This document shows, piece after piece, positions 27,479 through 38,314 of a DNA stretch of 64,000 bases (within the stretch, counting starts at the first letter, position 1; each line of letters starts with the position of its first letter). The DNA is from Vicinamibacterales bacterium. GTDB lineage: Bacteria; Acidobacteriota; Vicinamibacteria; Vicinamibacterales; UBA8438. The stretch is taken from positions 11,761-75,760 of the forward strand of contig CATQHX010000002.1 in NCBI GenBank assembly GCA_958296065.1, read 5' to 3'. The translations under genes and the position numbers were made by a program. Under the pieces are notes generated by a model. That model was given only the letters and a program-made list of their open reading frames with translations. It had not been told where the DNA came from and made no database searches.

Positions 27479-28816
27479 TCACGCCCGGCGCGGGGTGAGG
27501 CGAACGGCCGGACTGAACGACCAGCGATGCCGGGGGCGATAGATGCCGACGTCCTTGGTGTGGGATTTCACCCGGAAGGTATGCAGCAACCGATGGTAGT
27601 CGTACTGCACGCCGTGGCGGGTGTGTGCCGCGACGTCGAGCTTGTACGTGCCCTCGACGAGGTCGAGGCTGTCGATGACGAACACCACTTCCCCGGCACC
27701 CGACATCTCGACCGGCTCGAACTCTTCGATATCCGTGTTCGTGCCGTAGCAGCACACCCCTTCGCTGTTAAAGATGCTGACCCCGAAAACGAAGTCGTGC
27801 ACCGGCTCCGGCGTCCGCACCGCGAGTCGGATTCCGAGCCGATCACCGGTTCGGAAGACATGCGCCTCGGTTCCGTCATGTTCGAACGTGACCCGTTCGA
27901 TACGTACCGGCCCCGACCCCCAGCGGCCCTGCGCGGCCCCGGACATGTCGGCTGGTGGCTCGTCCGTTGCCATCGGTTGCTCCGCGGCGGCCTCCGCCGC
28001 ATCGGGTTCGACGCCCACCGCCGCTTGCGCCTTGCGGTCCGCCGAGGCGAGGGTCTGCTCCTCGCCCCTGGCGACGTCGGTCGTGTACGCATGCACGACG
28101 TTTCGCGGGTCGCCGTGGCCGCGGACGCGCCCCGCGTCCACCCACACCGCTTCGTCGCAGTACCTCTCGACGAGGCCGAGTCCGTGCGTGACGAGCACGA
28201 TCGTCTTTCCTCGCCGTTTGAAATCCGCGAACTTGTCGAGACACTTCAAGCTGAATCCTTCGTCGCCCACCGCCAGCACCTCGTCGATCAGCAGAACGTC
28301 CGGATCCACGTGGACGGCAACAGCGAATCCCAGCCGCATGTACATCCCCGACGAGTAGGTCTTGACCGGCGAATCGATGAAATCCTCGATCTCGGCGAAC
28401 TCCACGATCTCATCGAATCGCTGTGCTATTTCCCGCTTCGTCAGCCCGAGCATCACTCCGTTGATAAAGATGTTCTCGCGCCCCGAGATCTCGGGGTGGA
28501 ATCCCGCGCCGAGCTCGATCAGGGCCGAAATCCGCCCGTGCACTTTCACCGATCCGGTGGTCGGCTTGGTGATGCCCGCCACCAGCTTCAGCAGCGTGCT
28601 CTTGCCCGAGCCGTTGCGGCCGATCAGACCGATCGTCGTGCCTGCGGCTACCTCCAACGACACACCATCCACGGCCCGAAGCACCTCGCGCGGTTCGAGC
28701 TCGCTGGCAAGACTCCCCTTGAGCAACGCACTCTTGAGCGTCGAGAACTGACGACGATACGCGTACCGCCGATACAGTTTCGTCACGTCGCGCAGCACGA
28801 TCGCCGGCTCCGTCAC
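27479..28816 (-). CDS. ABC transporter ATP-binding protein of polysaccharide/O-antigen exporter type (Wzt/TagH-like) with C-terminal extra domain
   Basis: GTG start 28816 overlaps the permease stop (GTGA). Walker A GRNGSGKSTLLK, signature YSSGMYMRLGFA, Walker B LLIDEVLAVGD. A ~170-aa C-terminal beta-rich extension resembles Wzt_C. Confidence 0.88.
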   Translation of the reverse strand: MTEPAIVLRDVTKLYRRYAYRRQFSTLKSALLKGSLASELEPREVLRAVDGVSLEVAAGTTIGLIGRNGSGKSTLLKLVAGITKPTTGSVKVHGRISALIELGAGFHPEISGRENIFINGVMLGLTKREIAQRFDEIVEFAEIEDFIDSPVKTYSSGMYMRLGFAVAVHVDPDVLLIDEVLAVGDEGFSLKCLDKFADFKRRGKTIVLVTHGLGLVERYCDEAVWVDAGRVRGHGDPRNVVHAYTTDVARGEEQTLASADRKAQAAVGVEPDAAEAAAEQPMATDEPPADMSGAAQGRWGSGPVRIERVTFEHDGTEAHVFRTGDRLGIRLAVRTPEPVHDFVFGVSIFNSEGVCCYGTNTDIEEFEPVEMSGAGEVVFVIDSLDLVEGTYKLDVAAHTRHGVQYDYHRLLHTFRVKSHTKDVGIYRPRHRWSFSPAVRLTPRRA

Positions 28817-29637
28817 ACTTCCTCCGCGAACGAGTCTCGCAGCCTGTCGAAGAGCGCGTAGCCGGCCAGGAACAGGCCCATGCCGGCCACGGCCAACGCA
28901 AGCAGCCACTTCCAGTGCCCGAACGGCCCGTCGAAGAACAGGATCTCCTGGTACGAGATGGCGATATGGGAGAACGGGTTGAGATCCATCAACACCTTGC
29001 CGGCGGGCGGCAGGCCGGCGACCGACGGACCTCGTGACGCCACCTCGGTCCAGGGGTAGAGGATCGGCGTGGCGAAGAACCAGAGCGTCAGCACGTTCGC
29101 CAGCAGGTCCCTGATGTCCCGGAAGTGCACGGTGAGAGCCGCGAGCATCAGCCCCAACCCCAGCGTCAGCAGGAACTGCACCGCGATTACCGCGGGGAAC
29201 CACAACAGCTCCGTGACGGTCGGAAGCACGGGGACGAACAGGACCAGCGCGACGATCAGGATCGGCAACGCCAGAAGGAAATGCACCATGTTCGCCAGGA
29301 CCGCGACCACCGGCAGCACCTCGGCCGGGAAGAGCACCTTCTTGATCAGGTTCCCGTTGGCGAGCAGGGAGTTGGACGATTCGGTGAGGGCGGACGAGAA
29401 CCAGGTCCACGGCAGCAATCCGCAGAAGAGGAAGAGCGCATAGTTGTCCACACCCTCGAAGCGGGCCGGCAGCACGACCGAGAAGACGAAAGTGTAGACG
29501 AGCAGGAGCAGCAGCGGATTGGCGAACGACCAGAAGAAGCCGAGCACCGAGCCCCGGTAGCGCGCCTTGAGCTCGCGCATGACCAGGGTCTGGACCAGAA
29601 TCCGGTAACCGAACAGCCGTCGCAGATTAGCCAGCAT
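28813..29637 (-). CDS. ABC-2 type transporter permease (Wzm/TagG-like)
   Basis: 274 aa with ~6 TM segments. N-terminal YRILVQTLVMRELKARYRGSVLGFFWSF is typical of ABC-2 polysaccharide exporters. Confidence 0.85.
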   Translation of the reverse strand: MLANLRRLFGYRILVQTLVMRELKARYRGSVLGFFWSFANPLLLLLVYTFVFSVVLPARFEGVDNYALFLFCGLLPWTWFSSALTESSNSLLANGNLIKKVLFPAEVLPVVAVLANMVHFLLALPILIVALVLFVPVLPTVTELLWFPAVIAVQFLLTLGLGLMLAALTVHFRDIRDLLANVLTLWFFATPILYPWTEVASRGPSVAGLPPAGKVLMDLNPFSHIAISYQEILFFDGPFGHWKWLLALAVAGMGLFLAGYALFDRLRDSFAEEV

Positions 29638-30400
29638 GCACGTCGACCAGCACGACGGTCACGTTGTCCGGCCCGCCCGCCGCGTTGGCTCGACTCACCA
29701 GCTCGCGACAGAGGTCGCCCGGCGGGCGAGCATCCCGGAGTACCGCGGCAATTCCAGTGTCGGAAACAACGGACGAAAGCCCGTCGGAGCAGAGCAGTAC
29801 CCTATCGCCCGGTTCCAGCGAGACATCCGCCACCTCGACGTCGATGTCGTCCGTACCGGCGATGGCTCGCGTCACGACGTGCCGCCAGGGATGACGGCGC
29901 GCCGCGTCGGGCGTCAGCACGCCCGAGCGGATCTGCTCCTCGACCCAGGAATGGTCGCGCGTAAGACGCATCAGACTCTCGGCGCGATAGCGGTAGGCCC
30001 GGCTGTCGCCGACATGCGCGAGCGCGACCGCCTGACCGTCGGAGAGCAGCGCGACCGCCGTGGTCGCCATGCCGTGCAGAGACGCATCTCCGGCTATCCG
30101 GTCTGCCAGCCTCCGATTCGCCTGGACGAACGCCGCGTTCAGACGGTCGCCCGGGTGACTGCTCGCGGCCCCCTCCGTCGCGGTTCCTGACGTCGGACCG
30201 GCTGGCACGGTGGACCCAATCAGCCGCTCGATTTCCTCCGCCGCCACCCGCGACGCGACTTCGCCCGCGACATGACCGCCCATCCCGTCGGCCACGAGGA
30301 AGAGGCCGAGATCCTCCCGTACGCAGTAACTGTCTTCGTTGTTGTCCCGGCGGCGTCCCGGATCCGTCAGGGCGGCGCAGGTCAGTCGCATCTGGAACAC
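29627..30400 (-). CDS. PP2C-family Ser/Thr protein phosphatase
   Basis: LTDPGRRRDNNEDSY, FLVADGMGGHVAGEVAS, LLCSDGL and GGPDNVTVVLVD motifs. Alternative ATG start at 30391. Confidence 0.88.
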   Translation of the reverse strand: MFQMRLTCAALTDPGRRRDNNEDSYCVREDLGLFLVADGMGGHVAGEVASRVAAEEIERLIGSTVPAGPTSGTATEGAASSHPGDRLNAAFVQANRRLADRIAGDASLHGMATTAVALLSDGQAVALAHVGDSRAYRYRAESLMRLTRDHSWVEEQIRSGVLTPDAARRHPWRHVVTRAIAGTDDIDVEVADVSLEPGDRVLLCSDGLSSVVSDTGIAAVLRDARPPGDLCRELVSRANAAGGPDNVTVVLVDVHAG

Positions 30401-30470
30401 CGACGCCGGCCGGCCGGCCGGGCCGCGTGCGTCGGCCGGCCGCGCACCGGCGGAGCATCGTCCGCCGCGG

Positions 30471-30905
30471 TCACCGCTTTGCGGCCGTCCGCATGCCTAT
30501 GCGGCGCGCCACCTGGAGGCGTGACAAGGACTTGAGCAGTGAGATTCGCGCCCGCTCGAAATCGATGTCTCCGGTCGCGGATGCAAGGCGTTCGCGGGCA
30601 CGGCTCGCGGCAGCTTCCGCACGTTCCAGGTCGATTTCGTCCGCCCGCTCCGCGGTTCGTGCGAGGATTCTGATCCGGTCGGGAAGTATCTCCGCGAAGC
30701 CGAAGGCAGCGTGGAGGTAAGTCTTCTCGGAACCCCGCCGGAACCAGATCTCGCCGACCTGAAGCATCACCAGCAGCGGCGTGTGGCCCGGCAGCACGCC
30801 GAGGTATCCTTCGGCACCCGGAAGTCGGGCTTCATCGACCGTCTGGTGGACGACCGCCCGATCCGGCGTCACGATCTCGATGGTCAGGTGCTCAGGAAGC
30901 GGCAT
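30471..30905 (-). CDS. atpC: F1 ATP synthase epsilon subunit
   Basis: LTIEIVTPDRAVV...LPGAEGYLGVLPGHTPLL, and its position after atpD. Confidence 0.9.
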   Translation of the reverse strand: MPLPEHLTIEIVTPDRAVVHQTVDEARLPGAEGYLGVLPGHTPLLVMLQVGEIWFRRGSEKTYLHAAFGFAEILPDRIRILARTAERADEIDLERAEAAASRARERLASATGDIDFERARISLLKSLSRLQVARRIGMRTAAKR

Positions 30906-30926
30906 GGAATCCCAGACCTGACGGCC

Positions 30927-32426
<1,500 letters not shown>

Positions 32427-33296
32427 CTACAGCGCCTCGGCGCCCGAGACCACCTCGATCAGCTCGCGAGTGATCGCGGCCTGCCGCACCTTGTTCATGT
32501 GCAGGGTCAGCCCGTCGATCATCTCCCCCGCGTTGCGGGTCGCCGCGTCCATCGCCGTCATCCGGGCCGCATGCTCGGCGGCCGCCGACTCGAGCAGGGC
32601 GCGGAAGAACTGCGTCTCCACGTGGTGCGGCAGCAGGTCCGAAAAGATCTGCTCGGCCGGCGGCTCGAAGAGATAGTCCGCCGACAGCTCTTCCGACTCA
32701 TCGTCCGACGTTTCGATGGCCGGGATTGGCAACACCTGATCGACCACGACCTGTTGTTGCAGCACGCTCTTGAACTCGTTGTAGAGAATCGACACTCCGG
32801 ACGCCGCGCCGGAGCCGTACTGCTCGATCGACGTCTCGGCCATCGCCTCGGCGTGGCTGTACCGCAGGTCGTTGAAGAGGTTCACCATCTCGAAACGGAT
32901 GTCGACGCCGCGGCGCACGAAGAAGTCGCGGCCTTTGCGGCCGACCAACCCCATCGCCACATCCCGTCCCGCCTCGACGGCGAAGCTGGTTGCCTCGCGA
33001 ACGAGGTTGGAGTTGAAGCTGCCGCAAAGTCCCTTGTCCGCCGTCACGACGAACAACAGGATCGGGGCGTCCGGGGCCGCCGGTGGCGCCAGCAGCGGAT
33101 GCGCGGCCGACGATCCGGTGCGCGTCGCGAGACCGCTCAGCACCCGCCGCATCAGCAAGGCGAACGGGCGGGCGCCGACAATGCGGTCCTGGGCCCGGCG
33201 CAGCTTCGACGCGGCGACGGTCTTCATCGCTTTCGTGATCTGCTCGGTGGACTTGACGGCGCGGATCCGGCGCCGAAGGTCGATGAGTGACGGCAT
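32427..33296 (-). CDS. atpG: F1 ATP synthase gamma subunit
   Basis: IRAVKSTEQITKAMKTVAASKLRRAQ at the N-terminus and ITRELIEVVSGAEAL at the C-terminus. Confidence 0.95.
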   Translation of the reverse strand: MPSLIDLRRRIRAVKSTEQITKAMKTVAASKLRRAQDRIVGARPFALLMRRVLSGLATRTGSSAAHPLLAPPAAPDAPILLFVVTADKGLCGSFNSNLVREATSFAVEAGRDVAMGLVGRKGRDFFVRRGVDIRFEMVNLFNDLRYSHAEAMAETSIEQYGSGAASGVSILYNEFKSVLQQQVVVDQVLPIPAIETSDDESEELSADYLFEPPAEQIFSDLLPHHVETQFFRALLESAAAEHAARMTAMDAATRNAGEMIDGLTLHMNKVRQAAITRELIEVVSGAEAL

Positions 33297-33310
33297 CGCT
33301 CTCTATGCGC

Positions 33311-34840
33311 CTACGCGGCCGCGCCCTGCCGCGCCGCGACGAACTGCTCGCTGAATAGCCGGATAGCCGCCTCGATTTCCGCTTCCAGCTCCTTGCTCAT
33401 GGCCTTCTCGGCGACGAGGCGGGCGACCGCGTCGGCGTGCCGGGTCTCCATGAATCGGTACAGCTCCGGCTCGAACGCCGCGACGTCGCTCTCGGCGACG
33501 TTGTCCAGAAAGCCCCTCGTTCCGGAGAAAATGATGAGCACCTGGCGCTCGACGGGCAGGGGCGTGTACTGCGCCTGCTTCAGCACCTCCACCAGCCGGC
33601 GTCCCCGATTGAGCTGCTGCTGGGTCGCCTTGTCGAGGTCGCTTCCGAACTGCGCGAACGCCTGCAGCTCGCGGAACTGCGCGAGGTCGAGGCGCAATGT
33701 CCCGGCGACCTGGCGCATCGCCTTGATCTGGGCCGAACCGCCTACGCGCGACACCGAGTTGCCGACGTTGATGGCCGGCCGGATCCCCTGGTGAAAAAGG
33801 TCCGACTCGAGGAAGATCTGGCCATCGGTAATCGAGATGACGTTCGTCGGGATGTACGCCGACAAGTCACCGGCCTGCGTCTCGATGATGGGCAACGCCG
33901 TGAGCGAACCGCCGCCGTTGTCGGCGCTCATCTTCGCCGCCCGTTCCAGCAGGCGCGAGTGCAGGTAGAACACGTCTCCGGGGAACGCTTCCCGCCCCGG
34001 CGGGCGGCGCAGGAGCAGCGATATCTCACGGTAGGCCTGGGCGTGCTTCGACAGGTCGTCGTAGATGCACAGCGCGTGGCGGCCGCTGTCCCGGAAAAAC
34101 TCTCCGAGGGAGCAGGCGGAATAGGGGCTGATGTAGAGCAGCGGCGCGGGGTCCGACGCGGCGGCCGCGACCACGATCGTGTACTCCATCGCGCCCTCAT
34201 CCTCAAGCGTCTTGACCACCTGCGCGATGGTCGACTGCTTTTGTCCGATGGCGTTGTAGATGCAGACGACGTCGAGCCCCTTCTGGTTGATGATCGTGTC
34301 GACCGCAACCGCCGTCTTCCCGGTCTGCCGGTCGCCGATTATCAGCTCGCGCTGTCCGCGGCCGATGGGAATCATGGCGTCGATCGCCTTCAGCCCGGTC
34401 TGGAGCGGCTCCCTGACGGGTTGACGGTCGACCACGCCGGGCGCGATGCGCTCGACCGGAGACTGCTGGTCGGCGGCGATCGGGCCCTTGCCGTCCAGGG
34501 GTTGCCCGAGAGCATTGACCACCCGGCCGAGCATCGCATCGCCGACGGGAACGGACATGACGCGTCCGGTCCGCTTGACGGTGTCGCCCTCCTTGATCTC
34601 GGTCGACTCCCCGAGCAGCACGGCGCCGACCCCATCCTCCTCGAGGTTCAGGGCGATGCCGAAGATGCCGTGCGGAAACTCGAGCATCTCCGTGGCCATG
34701 GCCCGATCGACGCCGTGCAGCCGGGCGATGCCATCGCCCACCGACACGACCGTGCCGACCTCCGCGACATCGATGTCGAGCGAGTAGTCCCCGAGCTGTT
34801 CCTTGATGATCCTGGAGATCTCGTCTGCTTTTATTGCCAT
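33311..34840 (-). CDS. atpA: F1 ATP synthase alpha subunit
   Basis: [18 protein letters not shown] Walker [42 protein letters not shown]. Confidence 0.97.
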   Translation of the reverse strand: MAIKADEISRIIKEQLGDYSLDIDVAEVGTVVSVGDGIARLHGVDRAMATEMLEFPHGIFGIALNLEEDGVGAVLLGESTEIKEGDTVKRTGRVMSVPVGDAMLGRVVNALGQPLDGKGPIAADQQSPVERIAPGVVDRQPVREPLQTGLKAIDAMIPIGRGQRELIIGDRQTGKTAVAVDTIINQKGLDVVCIYNAIGQKQSTIAQVVKTLEDEGAMEYTIVVAAAASDPAPLLYISPYSACSLGEFFRDSGRHALCIYDDLSKHAQAYREISLLLRRPPGREAFPGDVFYLHSRLLERAAKMSADNGGGSLTALPIIETQAGDLSAYIPTNVISITDGQIFLESDLFHQGIRPAINVGNSVSRVGGSAQIKAMRQVAGTLRLDLAQFRELQAFAQFGSDLDKATQQQLNRGRRLVEVLKQAQYTPLPVERQVLIIFSGTRGFLDNVAESDVAAFEPELYRFMETRHADAVARLVAEKAMSKELEAEIEAAIRLFSEQFVAARQGAAA

Positions 34841-34856
34841 CGGTCCTGTGATGCCG

Positions 34857-35402
34857 TCACGCCGTCAAGAAACGCTGCTTGAGGCGGTCGAGATGATGCG
34901 CAAGGCTGCCGTCGAAGACCGTGCCGCCGATCTGGGTCACCATTCCACCCACCAGCCCCTCGTCGACCGAGGCCTCGATCGTCACCTGCCGGCCGGTTGC
35001 CGAATTCAGTCTCTGGTTGATGGACGAGACGCGCTTCCTGTCCAGCGGCTCGGCGGTAGTGACGCTTGCCCGCACGACGCCCACATGGTCCATCAGGCGT
35101 TCCCGGTACACGCCCAGCAGCGCCGGCAGCAGGTGGAGCCGGCCACGCTCGGCGAGCATGAGCAGCAGCCGCTTGACCACGGCCGCGGTCTTCGGCGTCC
35201 GCTCGAGGATCGCCGCGACAATCGCCTTCTTCACGACGGGGGAGATTGCCCGGTTGCGCACGACGTGCCCGAGCGTCGCGTGGCCGTCCACGAGCTCCTG
35301 AAACGCCTTGAGATCCCTGTCGGTCCGCTGCGGATCGCCGCTGTCGAGGCTGACCTCGAACAGCGCCCGCGCGTACCGAGTTGCCGCCGCCTGCTCCGTC
35401 AT
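34857..35402 (-). CDS. atpH: F1 ATP synthase delta (OSCP) subunit
   Basis: [12 protein letters not shown]-terminus, 181 aa, position upstream of atpA. Confidence 0.88.
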   Translation of the reverse strand: MTEQAAATRYARALFEVSLDSGDPQRTDRDLKAFQELVDGHATLGHVVRNRAISPVVKKAIVAAILERTPKTAAVVKRLLLMLAERGRLHLLPALLGVYRERLMDHVGVVRASVTTAEPLDRKRVSSINQRLNSATGRQVTIEASVDEGLVGGMVTQIGGTVFDGSLAHHLDRLKQRFLTA

Positions 35403-35468
35403 TTGCTACAGCCAGTACCTGATCGTTGGAACGTAGGTGGGTTCAACTCGCGCCGGGCCAAACGATCT

Positions 35469-35498
35469 TTTATAACATTTCGCCCGCTCCGCGGGCAA
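35469..35498 (-). promoter_or_regulatory. Candidate atpH promoter TTGCCC-18-TATAAA (minus strand)
   Basis: Hexamers read directly in the only AT-richer patch of the parB-atpH gap. Confidence 0.3.
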
Positions 35499-35513
35499 GC
35501 CGCGCCCGACCGA

Positions 35514-36398
35514 TCAACCGCGGATCAGCTGCTCGTACAGCCGCTGCAGCTCATCCTCGGACGAGTAGGCGATCTCGATCCGGCCGCGCTTTCCGCGTTG
35601 CACGATCCGCACGCGGGTTCCGAGCGAGAGACGCAACCGCTCCTCCGCGGCGCGCACGTGGACATCGGCGGGCGCCTTCTCGGACGACCGTTCGGGTTTC
35701 GGGGTCGCGGTCTGCTTGACGAGCTCTTCCGCAGCGCGAACGGACAGGTCGGCGTCGCGGATCCTGCGCGCCACATCGAGCTGGACACTCGCGTCGTTCA
35801 GGCCCGCGAGGGCGCGTGCGTGCCCCATGCTCAGGCGGCCGACGGCCACGTCGGTCTGAATCTCCGGCGGCAGGCTCAGCAGACGCTGATAGTTCGCGAC
35901 CGTGGCCCGCTCCTTGCCGACGGCCTCGGCTATTTTCTGCTGCGTCATGCCGAACTCGCTGGCGAGTTGCCGGTAGGCGCCGGCCTCCTCGATCGGGTTC
36001 AGGTTCTCGCGCTGAATGTTCTCGATCAGCGCCACCTCCAGGCGTTTGGTCCGCGGCATCTCGCGGACGACGACCGGGACCCGCAGTAGCCCGGCCCTTT
36101 GCGCGGCCCGCCAGCGCCGTTCGCCCGCGATGATCTCGAAACCCGGCTCCTCGTCCCGCTTCGTCACCACGATGGGTTGAATCACGCCGTGCGCGCGTAT
36201 CGACTGCGCCAGCTCGTCGAGCTTCGCGTCTTCCGGCGCCTGCCGCGGCTGATCCGGATTGGGGCGCAACAGATCGAGGTCGACCTCCTGGGGCGCACCT
36301 CCCGCAGTCGCAGGGTCGGCGGACGGCGGCTCGGAAAGCGGCGGCTCGGGAATAAGCGCACGCAAGCCGCGCCCGAGCGCCTTCCGTTTCTCAGCCAC
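35514..36398 (-). CDS. parB: Chromosome partitioning protein ParB
   Basis: Start GTG 36398 (VAEKRKALGRGLRALIP). IQPIVV, IIAGERRWRAAQRAG and HTH MTQQKIAEAVGKERATVANYQRLL. Overlaps the parA stop by 8 nt. Confidence 0.93.
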   Translation of the reverse strand: MAEKRKALGRGLRALIPEPPLSEPPSADPATAGGAPQEVDLDLLRPNPDQPRQAPEDAKLDELAQSIRAHGVIQPIVVTKRDEEPGFEIIAGERRWRAAQRAGLLRVPVVVREMPRTKRLEVALIENIQRENLNPIEEAGAYRQLASEFGMTQQKIAEAVGKERATVANYQRLLSLPPEIQTDVAVGRLSMGHARALAGLNDASVQLDVARRIRDADLSVRAAEELVKQTATPKPERSSEKAPADVHVRAAEERLRLSLGTRVRIVQRGKRGRIEIAYSSEDELQRLYEQLIRG

Positions 36399-37203
36399 GG
36401 AGGGTGCCTCCCGCCGGAATGCGAGTGGATCGCGTGCACGCCAGGAACTCGCGAGCCAGCGAGACGTAGGCCTCGGTGCCTTTCGACCGCGGCGCATGCA
36501 GAACCACCGGCATGCCACGGCTCGGCGCCTCGCCCAGCCGGATATTGCGCGGTATCGTGGTCTCGAAGACCTTGTTGCCGAACACGCTCTGCACCTCCGC
36601 CGCGACCTCCTTCCCGAGGTTCGTCCGCATATCGGTCATGGTGAGGACGACGCCGGAGATCTCCAGGCTGCGATTGAACGCGTCCCTGACCTGCTTCAAC
36701 GTCGCCGTCAGGGCGGCCAGGCCCTCGAGCGCGAAGTACTCGCACACCACCGGAATGATCACGCCGTCGGCGGCGACCAGCGTGTTGAGGGTGAGCAGTC
36801 CCAGCGCCGGCGGCGTATCGACCAGTATGTAGTCGTACCGATCGCGCACCTGGTCCAGCAAGAGACGCAATCGCTGTTCGCGGCGCGAGGCGTTGACGAG
36901 CTCGATCTCCGCACCGGCCAGTTCGCGGTCCGACGGCAGAAGTGACAGCCCCGAGACCCCGGTAGAGATGATGTACTGGTCCACCGCCGGCGGCGACTCC
37001 TCCGTCAGCGCCTCGTAGATGGTCCCGGCGGGGGCATAGTTCCCTTTCTGGCCAATACCGCTCGTCAGGTTGCCCTGCGGGTCCATGTCGACGGCCAGGA
37101 CGGCCTGATCCCCCAGCGCCAGCGACGCTGCAAGGTTGATTGCCGTCGTGGTCTTGCCGACTCCGCCCTTCTGGTTCGCGATGGCAAATATGCGAGATCT
37201 CAC
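36391..37203 (-). CDS. parA: Chromosome partitioning ATPase ParA/Soj
   Basis: Deviant Walker A NQKGGVGKTTTAINLA, DMDPQGN, ILVDTPP. Confidence 0.95.
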   Translation of the reverse strand: MRSRIFAIANQKGGVGKTTTAINLAASLALGDQAVLAVDMDPQGNLTSGIGQKGNYAPAGTIYEALTEESPPAVDQYIISTGVSGLSLLPSDRELAGAEIELVNASRREQRLRLLLDQVRDRYDYILVDTPPALGLLTLNTLVAADGVIIPVVCEYFALEGLAALTATLKQVRDAFNRSLEISGVVLTMTDMRTNLGKEVAAEVQSVFGNKVFETTIPRNIRLGEAPSRGMPVVLHAPRSKGTEAYVSLAREFLACTRSTRIPAGGTLRG

Positions 37204-37267
37204 ACAGACCCCTCTAGGTCACATGCCCGAATAAGCTGCGTCGAGGGTCACCGGGTGCTGGAAGGCG

Positions 37268-37297
37268 ATCGTACGCCTCCACTCGTGCTGTGGTCAA
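37268..37297 (-). promoter_or_regulatory. Candidate parA promoter TTGACC-18-TACGAT abutting parS
   Basis: -35 at 37297-37292 and -10 at 37273-37268 (minus strand). parS starts 4 nt upstream of the -35. Confidence 0.3.
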
Positions 37298-37300
37298 CTG

Positions 37301-37316
37301 TGTTCCACGTGGAACC
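37301..37316. promoter_or_regulatory. parS: parS site TGTTCCACGTGGAACC
   Basis: 15/16 match to a perfect palindrome. Matches the canonical TGTTNCACGTGAAACA-type parS, ~100 nt upstream of parA. Confidence 0.8.
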
Positions 37317-37913
37317 TTCCCGATTCAGCCGGTTCGCCTCCGCTTCGGCCGGAACCGACCACCACCCGTAGCCCCCACCAAGGCCGGTCACGGGAGCGCG
37401 CTGCCCCGACGCAGAGGGCCGTGCCGGACGCCGACCACAAGAGGTTGTGGTGCTAGCGGCACCGTCAGACCAACAGCGGGCGGCGTGTGCTCGCCACCGC
37501 CACGGTACGCCGCTCCGTTCACCCCCTGTCACTGGGCGCACGGCCTTGACGGTGACTCCGCCGCATGTCCGTACCGACCGGCTCCTGTCCGACGATGCCC
37601 AATTCGGACCACTACATGTTGTGGTCGGCGACCTGCTCAGACTGAGGCGCCGTCCGCCGCTGGTTGACAGATCCAAGCCCCTGCGTTTCAGCCCAGATCC
37701 GCGCTTGTTTGAGTTGCTGCCCGCCTTCGCCGAGACTACAGCAGCGTTCACTCTAGTGTCGCGCCCGAGAAATGCCTTTACATGATGGCGAGCGGTCGGG
37801 TCACCATTTTCTGGCAAGAGAAACGTGATACCGCCCGAAAAACGGTGCCGGTTGTGTGCCTTGTGCGACCACGGGGCCGCAGAATTGCGTAAACGCAATC
37901 GTCGGGCATGACA

Positions 37914-38024
37914 CTAGGAGCTTGCGCCGCAGGACGCAGCGAAGCGGAGTGCTGCGGCGCAAGGTCATGGAGCGGGGGGGGATGGGCCGAAACGCCGAGC
38001 CAGCGAGGCGTTTCGGGGCGCTAG
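37914..38024 (-). repeat. REP-like double-hairpin intergenic repeat, copy 4
   Basis: CTAG-bounded (37914-37917 and 38021-38024). Near-identical to the reverse complement of copy 3. Confidence 0.85.
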
Positions 38025-38059
38025 CTCCTGCCAACTGCGACGGCGCCGCAACTCACTTC

Positions 38060-38167
38060 TACGAGTTCTGCGCCGCGGAAACGCAACGAACTGCGTCATG
38101 CCGCGCAGACTCCTGGGGCGCGGGGGATGCGCCGAAACCCCGAGCCCCCGAGGGGCCTCGGGGCGCG
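38060..38167 (-). repeat. REP-like repeat, copy 5 (diverged, hairpins preserved)
   Basis: TTCTGCGCCGCGG...CATGCCGCGCAGA then GCGCCGAAACCCCGAG...CTCGGGGCGCG. The stem sequence differs from the other copies but still pairs. A further fragment GCGCCGCAACTCACTTCT lies at 38043-38060. Confidence 0.7.
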
Positions 38168-38314
38168 AATCCGAGAGGTCTTGTCCTTCGAACGGCGACT
38201 CCCTCCGGCTTGTCGGCCCGGACCTCCCTCCAGGCCCGGAACACGGACGCCGGTTCCACCCGGACGTCATCCTCACCCTCCTCACCGCGGGATCGGACTC
38301 GAGGGCCTCGCTCG

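Noticed and set aside
24789-27542. 917-aa plus-strand ORF
   Set aside because: It is fully antisense to mfd, whose product carries unmistakable TRCF/helicase motifs. The ORF product is Arg/Gly/His-rich with no motifs. This is a classic high-GC shadow ORF.
37248-37898. ORFs of 216, 125 and 112 aa in the parA-pyrF gap
   Set aside because: No motifs, Arg/Ser/Pro-rich composition, mutually overlapping, no SD. Treated as non-coding; a blastx would be needed to exclude a decayed gene.
37320-37910. Possible tmRNA, RNase P RNA, SRP RNA or tRNA in the long gap
   Set aside because: I looked on both strands for GGTTCGA-type T-arms with a CCA end, GAGGAAAGTCCGG, ACAGAACCCGGCTTA and the SRP GGAAGCAGCC motif and found none. 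An unknown RNA is still possible (see findings).
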